Shown here: piece by piece, positions 30,258-40,087 of the stretch
Layout of the letters: the number at the start of each line of letters is the position of its first letter
Position numbering within the stretch: position 1 is the stretch's first letter
Virus record (IMG/VR): IMGVR_UViG_3300013121_000020
Span: 192,001 to 256,000 of that record
Strand: one strand, 5' to 3'
Length of the DNA: 64,000 nt
From: a virus
Taxonomy: Duplodnaviria > Caudoviricetes
Position numbers and translations under genes: made by a program
Notes under the pieces: generated by a model
Database searches by the model: none
Told to the model about the DNA's origin: nothing
What the model saw: only the letters and a program-made list of their open reading frames with translations

Positions 30258-31019
30258 ATGCTTGTAAAAGAATCAACTTACATATTCCCACCACGACCCA
30301 AAAACGCAATCCCATTACGTGAAGTCTGTCTATTTGCCGATATGGGGTGGGAAGCACAACTAAAATTTAATGGAGCGCGTTGTCTTATTAAGTACACGAG
30401 CGCAAATAACATCGAACTTTGGAATCGACACGGTTCTAAATTACGATCATACTCAGCACCAGATTGGCTTATTGATCAATTGTGGCAAGTTCATAAAAGG
30501 CTCAATTTAAATCCAAAGTCATGGAGCCTATTAGATGGTGAACTTATCGACTTTAAGCATTGTGCTATAAAAGACACAATCGCAATCTGGGACATATTAG
30601 TACGTGACGGCCACCACCTACTTGGGACCACATACAGAGAACGGTATGACTTAGTAAAAGCTGCAACTGACGGTACTATGTGGTTTTATACTAACCCACA
30701 AAAGCCAACTATCCATCCTCCACTGGAATTTGGATTAAAAGTGACTGACCATATTTTAGTACCAATTAACTATAAAGGTAATCGGTCATCGTCTGCAGAC
30801 AATGATGGTAATCCATCTGGAGATGCGTGGAAGATGGTTTGGGAACAGATTGTGGATGTTGCAAATGCGCCATATACAACCACGAACGATATTAAACCAA
30901 TTATTGAAGGTTTAGTTTTAAAAATGCCAACACATAAATTAAAAATGGGATATTCCGAAGATAATAATCACGATTGGATGATGAGATGCCGTGTTGAAAC
31001 AAAACGGCATCGTTTTTGA
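30258..31019 (+). CDS. ATP-dependent ligase-type nucleotidyltransferase (adenylation domain only)
   Basis: Motif I QLKFNGAR, III LLDGEL, IIIa WDIL, IV EGLVLK; no C-terminal OB domain. Confidence 0.75.
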   Translation: MLVKESTYIFPPRPKNAIPLREVCLFADMGWEAQLKFNGARCLIKYTSANNIELWNRHGSKLRSYSAPDWLIDQLWQVHKRLNLNPKSWSLLDGELIDFKHCAIKDTIAIWDILVRDGHHLLGTTYRERYDLVKAATDGTMWFYTNPQKPTIHPPLEFGLKVTDHILVPINYKGNRSSSADNDGNPSGDAWKMVWEQIVDVANAPYTTTNDIKPIIEGLVLKMPTHKLKMGYSEDNNHDWMMRCRVETKRHRF

Positions 31020-31784
31020 GTGTATTTAAGTTGGAACATCCCAAGGTAGCCAACATGATACACGAAATTATAGCGTACCATCCAGAAATTCATATTAACA
31101 AAAATGGAGAACACCATTTATTAAAACTCTCTATTCCAGATTTTGAGAGTGATGAGGATATACTTCGTACGTTAGCGAAAAAAGTCGGTGCTATCACTGT
31201 TGGTGACATAGCAACCGCAGTGCAAAACAATAAAATTGATGCGACTCTTGAGAAAACTAACAAACAAACAATTTGGGGGAAAGTGTGGGATTGGGAAGAA
31301 AGAATTTGTTGAAGAATCATTCTGTTGTTAAACCACAAAAATCACAATATGGTTTGGAATGGGACCCAGAACCATTTATTGCCGTGATGGGTGATAATGG
31401 TATAGTTCCTATAACAGAAGTAGATGCTAGTAATCCAAAGCATCAACGTTTGTTTATAGCAATGACGATTTCAAAAGTACAATTTGAACGCCACGCTTCG
31501 TATGCTATTGGTGGCGATTACAAAACATGGCAACTTATTGGTATTATAGCCAAAGAAATATACTTATTGATGGAAGATGGAGATGACGCAATATATTGCG
31601 TCGGTGATGTAATGAATACATTAGTGCTTTTTGGTAAACTTAAATCGTCACCAGTATTGAAAAAAGCGAAAAGCGCATTGAAGGCATGGAACCCGATCAG
31701 CGCAAATATTTCAGTAGGTTAACGGCCCTTCAGCCGCTGTCACATGAGTGGGTTCGAGCGGATGATTTTTTGAGGAATTGAATC

Positions 31785-32405
31785 ATGTGTGAGCCAAGCC
31801 ACAGCATTGTGCAGTATCCATCACAAGACGATGGTGGTAGCCCAACTGCCCCACTTATGGACGCAATTGAAAAATGCCAGCCAGAGGGCTGGTTCGCCAG
31901 ACTCAAGAAGCGTATTGGTGGGTGGTTTCACTTTTCTAAAATGGGCTATGGCCACTCAGAGGCGTTGTTGTTGACTCCTGAGTCGCGTCGTCGACTACCT
32001 ACTGAAAATAGGTATGAGGCATGGTGGTGGGTTCGCAAAGTGGCGCTTGATGGTCAATTTTTTGGACCAGATTATGAAAAAGTAGATGCGTTGGAATGTG
32101 CGACTGCATATGCTCATAAAGTAAGTGTTGGAAATCTCACTTTATGGCGGCAGTTTATAGAATCATCGATGCGTCTTTCGAAGCGACCGCATTCGTATGA
32201 AACCGCGTTTGTTGATCTTATGTTGACGGCGAAGGGTCGCGATGCATTTAAAGCGAAATCGGTTAGAGTTAATAAAAGTAGATGGAATCTCGAAACTGCT
32301 ATCAAGCTGATCCTTGGATTTTCGAGAAAGCGTGAGTTGTTAGTTCCAGAGTGGGCTGATGACACAAAACTGTGGGTTCCCAGTCCGCAATTAATAGGAG
32401 GTTAA
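31785..32405 (+). CDS. Hypothetical protein
   Basis: 206 aa, GAGGA RBS, motif promoter at 31719. Confidence 0.6.
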   Translation: MCEPSHSIVQYPSQDDGGSPTAPLMDAIEKCQPEGWFARLKKRIGGWFHFSKMGYGHSEALLLTPESRRRLPTENRYEAWWWVRKVALDGQFFGPDYEKVDALECATAYAHKVSVGNLTLWRQFIESSMRLSKRPHSYETAFVDLMLTAKGRDAFKAKSVRVNKSRWNLETAIKLILGFSRKRELLVPEWADDTKLWVPSPQLIGG

Positions 32406-32419
32406 TCGACACAACAACA

Positions 32420-32856
32420 CGAAGTCCCAGGTTAGGGTAAATATTATCCTATCCGAATGCTGTTAGCGATAACTGACAGTGTTGAACTGCAGCAACGCTT
32501 GATGTAATTGTCGCTAATATAGCACTCCTGGCGAATGGGATGTGGGGATTGCCCACAGTGGATTTTCACTAATCTTCGCACCAATTATTAATAAATTAGA
32601 ACGTAAGAAAGTAAGAAAGTAACCAGCAACGAGATTCTGGGAGTTCTGGCTCTCTATGGTTAATGTTGAAGCTCCTATAAACCCTGAGCGAAAGCTTTGA
32701 CGGGATGGAGTGGAGTTAATCCTCTAGCAATGTGCAGAATCTCGTTTCAAATGGGGATCAATAACATATGACGCCATTTACGTAGTTCATGCGGTTGATG
32801 GCCGCACTCGATATATGGTTTTAATTGGGTGTGAGGTACTCCCTCACACCCAATTA
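32420..32856 (+). ncRNA. Large structured non-coding RNA (candidate)
   Basis: ORF-free ~550-bp gap with nested helices, e.g. AACGAGATTCTG/CAGAATCTCGTT (32628/32735), ending in a 15-bp hairpin 32822-32856. Confidence 0.55.
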
Positions 32857-32959
32857 TGTTTCCGGCCATTATTTCGCAACTAAACACACAGATTTACTAG
32901 CTTAAACCCGCTGCCACATGATCGAGAGACGACCCTAACACCTACGACTGGAGATTAAG

Positions 32960-33628
32960 ATGGCTGGACTGTTTGCAAAGGCACAAGCGAAGACTGAAAC
33001 CAAAGCCACCACCAAGAAAAAGAGCACCACATGGTTGGTGGGCGACCATGGCACTGACAAAGTCGCCAATAGCGTCCATGCTCTGATTGAATTATCTGGT
33101 CAAGCGAAAGCTGTGGAAGCCAAAATGAGCGTCCACAAAACCATCGTGAAGGATTTCGCTGAAAAGAGTTACGTTCGCGACTACGCGACCGTTGGTGTCA
33201 GCCCCGAAACTCCCATGGTTGTCCAGAACCAGGACGGAGAAAAAGTAACGTTCGTGGTGCAAGATCGATCATCACAATACAATGTCAAGAACGATCAGCA
33301 GGAAGCGTTAATCGCACTACTCGGTGAAGACGCAGCTGCAGAATTGCTCTACACCGAAACTTCATTTGGATTCAGCCGCGAAATCTTGGCACTCCCAGGT
33401 GTCATGGAAGTAATCGAAAAGGCGTTGGAAAACGCCATTAAGAAACTCATTGATAACAATGTTATCACTCCAGAACAAGCAGAAGAACTGCTCGATGTGA
33501 AGTCGAAAACGGCATTCAAGCCTGGAACGCTTGACCGACTTAGCATCATTTGTGGTAAGGACACCACCCGAATTGAACAGTTTCTGGAAATCATGGGATC
33601 GTCGGCGACCCGCTATGTGAAGGTTTGA
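32960..33628 (+). CDS. Hypothetical protein
   Basis: 222 aa, GGAG RBS, motif promoter at 32893. Confidence 0.7.
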   Translation: MAGLFAKAQAKTETKATTKKKSTTWLVGDHGTDKVANSVHALIELSGQAKAVEAKMSVHKTIVKDFAEKSYVRDYATVGVSPETPMVVQNQDGEKVTFVVQDRSSQYNVKNDQQEALIALLGEDAAAELLYTETSFGFSREILALPGVMEVIEKALENAIKKLIDNNVITPEQAEELLDVKSKTAFKPGTLDRLSIICGKDTTRIEQFLEIMGSSATRYVKV

Positions 33629-33756
33629 TGGGCGATGTGATAACATTACGGTTTTGATTTTTGAAGGGCGAGCGGATGGTTTATGCCGTTCGCTCTTCTG
33701 CCACAATGAATTGAGTCAGGCAGAACAATCACTTTGGACAAACTCTTGGAGTTTAG

Positions 33757-34602
33757 ATGCTTGATAATGATGAGTTCTTTTGGGAAACCCGTCAGAAAGC
33801 CATAGAAGCACTGGAAGATGTTCTACCTACTAAGGATGAGTTCGACAAGCACACACAGTGGTACAGTCAAAAGCCAGACGAACGTCTTTTGGCCGACGAA
33901 ACACAAGTCTATGCCTTTTTGCCAAGCAAAAACGAGTACGGCCAAGACAGCCTGATTCCACACCTGATTGCGGAGCGGGCTTTTCTTGCATCTTGTTCGT
34001 CATCATGGGGATGGGGGTTGCGGCGGTACCCCAATTGCCCGGTGAGTTATATGGATATTAAAAATATTGTTCCAAGTGGAGCATGTGATCCTTTTGAGGA
34101 ATGGACACACGCAGAACTTCGTGATGGTATCCTCCGCACCAAGAAACGGATTGAAACTGGAATACCACAGTCGGCAGGAATCTTTGGAATTGTCGTTATT
34201 GATCTTTACGCCGCTTACGGTGACGGGTGGCAGATCACTGATGAGTTTTTCCGTCGATTGAAAGTCTTTCGGGAGCACACATGGAGTCATAGGTTCAACC
34301 AACGTGGCTACCAAGTGGTTAGCCGCGTGGATGACCATGTGGTTCTAATCCTTCCACCTGAGCCACATCAGTATGACAAGTACCTCCTAGCAAGTTTGAA
34401 GGAACTGAATAAAGCGGTAGGCGGTATTACTTTGGGTGTGAGTGTTAGTAATTTGTATTTTTGGAGGCCCAAAGAGATATTTAGTGAAGCAGTAAATCGG
34501 TTATGGTTGCAAATGCGCAACTTGCCTTGTGGCGGTGTGGTCCTAGATGGAATCGATGGTGCAAAAGTCGCCGGTCGGATTGGGCTTGGCACCAGTCTTT
34601 AA
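33757..34602 (+). CDS. Protein with a degenerate GGDEF-like C-terminal domain
   Basis: FGIVVIDL..YG...DEFFRRL..VVSRVDDHVVLILP..ITLGVSVS..EIFSEA. Confidence 0.4.
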   Translation: MLDNDEFFWETRQKAIEALEDVLPTKDEFDKHTQWYSQKPDERLLADETQVYAFLPSKNEYGQDSLIPHLIAERAFLASCSSSWGWGLRRYPNCPVSYMDIKNIVPSGACDPFEEWTHAELRDGILRTKKRIETGIPQSAGIFGIVVIDLYAAYGDGWQITDEFFRRLKVFREHTWSHRFNQRGYQVVSRVDDHVVLILPPEPHQYDKYLLASLKELNKAVGGITLGVSVSNLYFWRPKEIFSEAVNRLWLQMRNLPCGGVVLDGIDGAKVAGRIGLGTSL

Positions 34603-34655
34603 TGGTCTGTTGTTGACACAGACAAAATGTCTGTGTCAACTTTTGTGAGGCATAT

Positions 34656-35072
34656 ATGAAAATTACATTAGTTTTACATGTTGGTTACGGTGGGTTTAAT
34701 CTCGACAAAGAAATGGTTGATTGGTTGGTCGAGAACCGTGGGTGGTCAATTATAGATCACAAGGATACATCATCCAAAAACGCTGAAACGTTTAATAAAA
34801 CAATTATCAATTTTCATGGTGGTAGCTGGTATTCTCATCCAAACCAAGATCAAATTGAATTTAGGTCTAATCAGGATCTTATCGATTGCGTAAGAGCTAT
34901 ACGCAAGAAACACGAAAACGACTCATTTAGTGAGTGGTATTATAGCCACATAAAACAGATGGCGATTGTTGAAATAGATATTCAACCGCAGATTGTCAAT
35001 TATTCAGATGGACATGAACGAGTTGAAGTTCATCACACAGTAACGCAAGAGAATTTCAGAAAAGGGATGTAG
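34656..35072 (+). CDS. Hypothetical phage protein
   Basis: MKIxLxxGYGGFxL..RxxxDLIxCV..YxDGxExV. Confidence 0.6.
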   Translation: MKITLVLHVGYGGFNLDKEMVDWLVENRGWSIIDHKDTSSKNAETFNKTIINFHGGSWYSHPNQDQIEFRSNQDLIDCVRAIRKKHENDSFSEWYYSHIKQMAIVEIDIQPQIVNYSDGHERVEVHHTVTQENFRKGM

Positions 35073-35074
35073 AC

Positions 35075-35509
35075 ATGAATGACGATGAGATTTTTGATAA
35101 ATTTACAACTAATAACACCGCATACTATATTAAGAATGCGGCTAGTCACCTTGTCTTTTATTCTGGCAATCCTCTAAATATGTTTCCAGAACGTGGTGCA
35201 GCTGCCACACAGGTCATTCGTGAGTTGGTGTTGAACGGCCCAATTGCACCAGTAAACATCGATACGCTTGTTACCAAATTGCTTAAACATTATCATCTGG
35301 AAGATTGGAAACCAGTAGTTCCATATTTTCGAGAAGCACTTGCGTTGATAGTGCATTTGAAAACTTTGGTAGCTAATATCCACCCAGATTTTTATAATGT
35401 TGTTGATAAACTTATTGAAAATAGCGATGAGTTTGAAACAGCAAATGATGTATACGCTCTTTCACATGAAAAAGTCGAAGCTCTCTGCGAAGAAATTATC
35501 GAACAATAA
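35075..35509 (+). CDS. Hypothetical protein (tandem paralog A)
   Basis: MNDDEIFDKF...PYFREALAL...EFETANDVYALSHEK shared with 35775..36239. Confidence 0.75.
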   Translation: MNDDEIFDKFTTNNTAYYIKNAASHLVFYSGNPLNMFPERGAAATQVIRELVLNGPIAPVNIDTLVTKLLKHYHLEDWKPVVPYFREALALIVHLKTLVANIHPDFYNVVDKLIENSDEFETANDVYALSHEKVEALCEEIIEQ

Positions 35510-35774
35510 AACATTTCTAAATGGAGCAGAGTGTAACTTAATTGTGTGGTAGCCAACGATCGACCATTGGAGAAATGAATGGTTACAGTCTATAATAAAG
35601 GGAACTATCGAGCCATGCTGCTGCGGATTAAAATTGCTGCGACCGTGGAAGTTTTGGAGAAAATTTCTCGATCGATGGATAATCTAATGGCTGTCGGCGC
35701 GTTCACGCCGAAAGAATTTGAACTGCTTGATACCGCGTGGTGTGATCATTTCAACAAGTTGTACGAGAATAACA

Positions 35775-36239
35775 ATGAACGATGATGAGATTTTCGATAA
35801 GTTTATCAAAAATAATACCGCAGATGATATTAAATTATCAGCTAGTATGCGTGTATTTTACACAGGTAATCCACTTAACGTGTTAACAGGTCCTGGTGTA
35901 GCCGCTACACATATCATTCGCGAATTGATTCTGAATGATTCAATAGCTCCCACAGATCTTGAAGCACTTATTGTTAAGTTAGCAAGACATTATCATCTTG
36001 AAAATTGGAAGCCGCCAATTCCATATTTTCGAGAGGCGCTAGCGTTAATGGTCCAATTAAAAATTATGGTGGCTAATATACTACCAGTTAAAAATGGATA
36101 TCCAATTTCAAGCCACCCGAAGTTCTGTGCTATTATTGACAAACTCATTGATAATAGCAACGAATTTGAAACAGCGAATGATGTGTATGCTCTTTCACAT
36201 GAAAAGATTAAAAAATTATATGAAAGAATATACGAATAA
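35775..36239 (+). CDS. Hypothetical protein (tandem paralog B)
   Basis: Same blocks as 35075..35509. Confidence 0.75.
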   Translation: MNDDEIFDKFIKNNTADDIKLSASMRVFYTGNPLNVLTGPGVAATHIIRELILNDSIAPTDLEALIVKLARHYHLENWKPPIPYFREALALMVQLKIMVANILPVKNGYPISSHPKFCAIIDKLIDNSNEFETANDVYALSHEKIKKLYERIYE

Positions 36240-37081
36240 TTAAGGATTTCCAACGTGGAACACGCGCGTAACGTAAGGGTTAGAAGGATTGGTCCTATAC
36301 GTCACTCTAATCACGAAGTAAAAGACGCTCATGTTCCACATCCTAACTGTATTATCGACACAGTAGCGCTCACAATACCACCACAATGGTACGCAGCGTG
36401 GACTAGAGGTTTACTATGGTCACCAAAAACTAGAGGATGGTTACAATCGTTCAACGAAGCAATATCAGATGTGTGTAGTGGGCGAAGACCTTTGTTGTAT
36501 GGATGGCGCAATGACGAAATACAATGCGCAGCTATTGAGCACAATTTGGTTTATGTTGATCTTGATTGGATAAGTGTTGGTTGTTTACCATTGAATCGTG
36601 ATATGGCGAGTTTGATGGCGTGGGGTCATCAACAAACATCTGAAATTTATCATGTCGTAAATGGCGTTCTACTTGGGTATCCATTATTTGAAATTGAAGA
36701 ATGGATTAAAAGTGGATGCCCTGGGAAAACGATGCAAGAAGTTTTAACAGCAAAGGATTCGTAATATGCCTAAGCCATTTGTTCAAGAATTTCAAGAATT
36801 TGGAATTACAAGCATTGTTATCGACGAGAATGAATTCAATGAATTCATTGATGAATTGTCCGGGATATTTGATGCTAATACACAAGCTGCTAAGAAATTA
36901 AAATGTTTACCGCTTATGACACGCGGTACGAAGACTGAACAATTTTTTGAACGGTGGGGTGTTAAAACAGATAAATTAAGTGTTATCGTGCGTGGACACG
37001 GTCAAACACTATTAAATCAAATGGCCGGTAGGTCAATAAATTGATTCTAGCACATTAACGGCTATTCATCAGCCGCCACAT

Positions 37082-37260
37082 GTGGATGGGTGAAACGTGG
37101 TCACGATGACTTGGTGGGCCTGGCGCAGACAGCAATGCGTCAATGTAAGGGTAATGGGAACGAGTTAAATCGTTCTCTCCACGGCCACGCGGATAAGCTC
37201 TGACATAAAACGCGGGTATTGCTGCTTCCGTTCAATAGTGTCAGAGTGCCCATTTTCCAC
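37082..37260 (+). ncRNA. Structured non-coding RNA (candidate)
   Basis: Own motif promoter (37055); helices CGTGGTC/GGCCACG, TGGCGCA/TGCGTCA, GGGAACGA/TCGTTCTC, GCTCTGACA/TGTCAGAGT, ends pair. Confidence 0.55.
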
Positions 37261-37317
37261 ACTGCCGATCCCAGCCACACCATGGGACGGATCACAAATC
37301 ATTCACAGGAGCCAATC

Positions 37318-38814
37318 ATGGGAAGCATCAAGATTGGGTCGGCATTTTTCGCAAAAGAAAAGAACGATTACCAAAATTGGCGATTCGCGTGGGTTCGTGA
37401 GTTGGTGCAGAACGGCGTCGACGCACCAAACACCGACACCATCGAATTCACATTCAATTTTGACGGCACGCACACCACAGCATCGTGCACCAACAACGGT
37501 GCACCGATGTCAAAAGATATCCTTATAGAGAAGTTTCTGGCGATTGGCGAAAGTAACAAAAACTTCCAAGGAACCGTGGGCGGATTTGGCAAAGCCAAAA
37601 CGCTCATAGCATTCACCCATGAGCATTACAATATCCGAACCGGCACTCTTGAAGTTGACGGTGAAGGTGCCCAATATACGCTCACTGAAGATCTTCCATT
37701 ATTCTATGGAACCACCACCACTGTCAAGATGGCCGGTGATGAAACTGCGGCGATGGTGCGAGAAGCCAAACGATTCATTTCATATGCTCAATGGAGCGGG
37801 ACGATCAAGATAAATGGAACGGAGTATAAATGCGAAATGCGGAAAGGAAGTCCGCGAAAGTCGTATGATTGGGGTACTGTATACACCAATAAAACTATTC
37901 CGAATCGTGTGATTGTTCGGATTGGTGGTATCCCGATGTTTGCTGAATATACGACATTTGATAGAACTGTCATCGTTGAACTTGCCGGATCAAGCGTTGA
38001 CGTCTTAACCAGCAATCGAGACGGGCTTACCGGAAAATATCAATATGAATTCCAGGAGTTCCTGACAAATCTTGTTGTGAACAAGACCAAAGCACTTAAA
38101 GCTTCGCAACCGAGTTATACTCGATATGGTGGTGCGAAATATGCACATCGCAAAACCACAGTTGCACGCACAACTGTAAGTTCCATTGTTGGCGATGCCA
38201 ACTATGTTATTTCTGTTCAGCCTGCTGGATCACATTCGGATGTGAACATCGGTGCAATTGCGCTGGCCAATAACGAATGTGCTGTTTACAGTCCGCACAG
38301 AATTGGTGCGGTGCCTGCATCTAGTTCAGTTGCGTCTTCGTTCGGTCGTGCTTCCACAATCGCCGAGGAATTCATTATCAAGAATGAAACGACGATTAAA
38401 GTTCCCGACTATTATCATCCAGATTCTGATCAATTTGGTGCGTATAGCCGAAAATTGGCACGCATCTGGGGACGTTTAATTCTTGAACTTCATCGAAAGT
38501 ATGAACTCGAAACCGAATTTTCAATCGGTTTCATCTTTTCGGATGAGGCGGAGGCTGAGTATGAGGACTCTAGTTACGGAAAGGTGTATTATTTAAATCC
38601 GGCCACAATCGTTGAACAGAAGAATAGTCAATCGAAATCGTTTAAAAAACGATTTGCACTGACCGAACGCAATCGATTGTTGGCGATTGCTGTGCATGAG
38701 TTTCTGCATGGGCGTGGGTATCATTATCATGATGAAACGTACGCTGCGAAACTAACAGTCATGATGGGTGAGATTATGGATGATCGCACACGTTTCAACT
38801 GGTGTTTTAAATGA
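37318..38814 (+). CDS. GHKL ATPase fused to an HExxH metalloprotease-like C-terminus
   Basis: RELVQNGVDA, NNGAPM, GGFGKAK, GTT; AVHEFLH...HDETY. Confidence 0.75.
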   Translation: MGSIKIGSAFFAKEKNDYQNWRFAWVRELVQNGVDAPNTDTIEFTFNFDGTHTTASCTNNGAPMSKDILIEKFLAIGESNKNFQGTVGGFGKAKTLIAFTHEHYNIRTGTLEVDGEGAQYTLTEDLPLFYGTTTTVKMAGDETAAMVREAKRFISYAQWSGTIKINGTEYKCEMRKGSPRKSYDWGTVYTNKTIPNRVIVRIGGIPMFAEYTTFDRTVIVELAGSSVDVLTSNRDGLTGKYQYEFQEFLTNLVVNKTKALKASQPSYTRYGGAKYAHRKTTVARTTVSSIVGDANYVISVQPAGSHSDVNIGAIALANNECAVYSPHRIGAVPASSSVASSFGRASTIAEEFIIKNETTIKVPDYYHPDSDQFGAYSRKLARIWGRLILELHRKYELETEFSIGFIFSDEAEAEYEDSSYGKVYYLNPATIVEQKNSQSKSFKKRFALTERNRLLAIAVHEFLHGRGYHYHDETYAAKLTVMMGEIMDDRTRFNWCFK

Positions 38815-38974
38815 TTGTTCTGTGCCCACGATGTAAAAGTCATGAAATGGTTACATGGTATCCGTGGGATGAGTATCCATATCGGATCACATTGCATAAT
38901 CGATGTGATGGGTCAAGAATGATCGCTTGCGATGGTTCAATGATGGCCGTCATAGGCGGCGTGCCGTCATTGAA

Positions 38975-39574
38975 CTATTTTGATGGAGAAAATGTCTCGA
39001 CAGGCGTTAATGCAACACAATCGACGTAACCAACATATGTTGATCGCATTGGACCATCACACACAACACGAATTCTTACTGATTCCCCAACAGCAACAAA
39101 TGTTGTATGTTTAAATTGCCACCCTTCTTTTCCGGGTGTAGCTTTAACACGAACATCTAATGTTTGTGCAAGATCCACATATAAGTTGCCATGCAACATT
39201 TGTTGTGTATAAAAGAAACAACTAAGAACATAGCCGCGTCCTGGTATAGTTGGAAATTCGTCTGTAATATGTGCAAACCCACAACCATTATCTCCGGGAA
39301 TTGTTTTTAATGAAAACATTCCATCAACAGCTTTATCAGTAGATCGTACAAATCTACCGCGTTGTTCTAATAGTTGTGGAGGCCAATTGGTGGGATCATT
39401 TTCAAAATTTCCATTTGGTACCAAATCCCAATTTGCATTTTCAACTGAGCAACTTTTATGACAATGGTTGACGAATGCTTGCACTGACGACAATACCAGT
39501 GATAGAATTATCATAACAAGGACAGTAAATCTCGTATGTGAAATGCGAAAAACAATAGCTGAGTCGCATTGCAT
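38975..39574 (-). CDS. Exported protein with a CBM4/9-like carbohydrate-binding domain
   Basis: TM/signal segment, LVPNGNFE, PGRGYVLS, YVDCVAL. Confidence 0.55.
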   Translation of the reverse strand: MQCDSAIVFRISHTRFTVLVMIILSLVLSSVQAFVNHCHKSCSVENANWDLVPNGNFENDPTNWPPQLLEQRGRFVRSTDKAVDGMFSLKTIPGDNGCGFAHITDEFPTIPGRGYVLSCFFYTQQMLHGNLYVDLAQTLDVRVKATPGKEGWQFKHTTFVAVGESVRIRVVCDGPMRSTYVGYVDCVALTPVETFSPSK

Positions 39575-40087
39575 AATGACTCTCCACTATAATTTACCGT
39601 ATTTTTGTGGTGTGCTGCAATGAACATTATCTATACTATACACCACATTAACAGATCCCCCATAGCATGCCACAGACGGATAGTTAAAAAGTATTGATTT
39701 GATAGAGGAAGATAAATGATAGAAATCACAATCGATCGTTCAAATAAGACAATTGGCACACTTACGGAGAGATACAGCTTTGACGAGGATTGGGTCAAAT
39801 CATTGACTACATGTCGAGTATGTAAAAAGCCAATTGACGATGACGATACAGTGATCAGAGCATATAAAACACATCAAGCACAATTATGTAGTTCAAAATG
39901 CTCTCTTCAAGAAGTATGGCAGAAATATGCATGTTGTGAAAAAGCAGTTCCAACATTTTGTTCATGTGCATATTCATTAACCTGCCCCGATCATGGGGAC
40001 CGCCATGTTGGAACCCACGACTGATTCCTGATTTACTGCTGTCAGCCGCTCGCCACATAATTGTCTACCAAACAATGGGGGAATCTC

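Noticed and set aside
32628-32746. Group I intron, RNase P or tmRNA identity for the 32.4-kb RNA
   Set aside because: Only vague resemblance (AAACCCTGAGCGAAAG, GAAGTCC); I could not find P7, RNase P P4 or tmRNA termini, and no interrupted host gene
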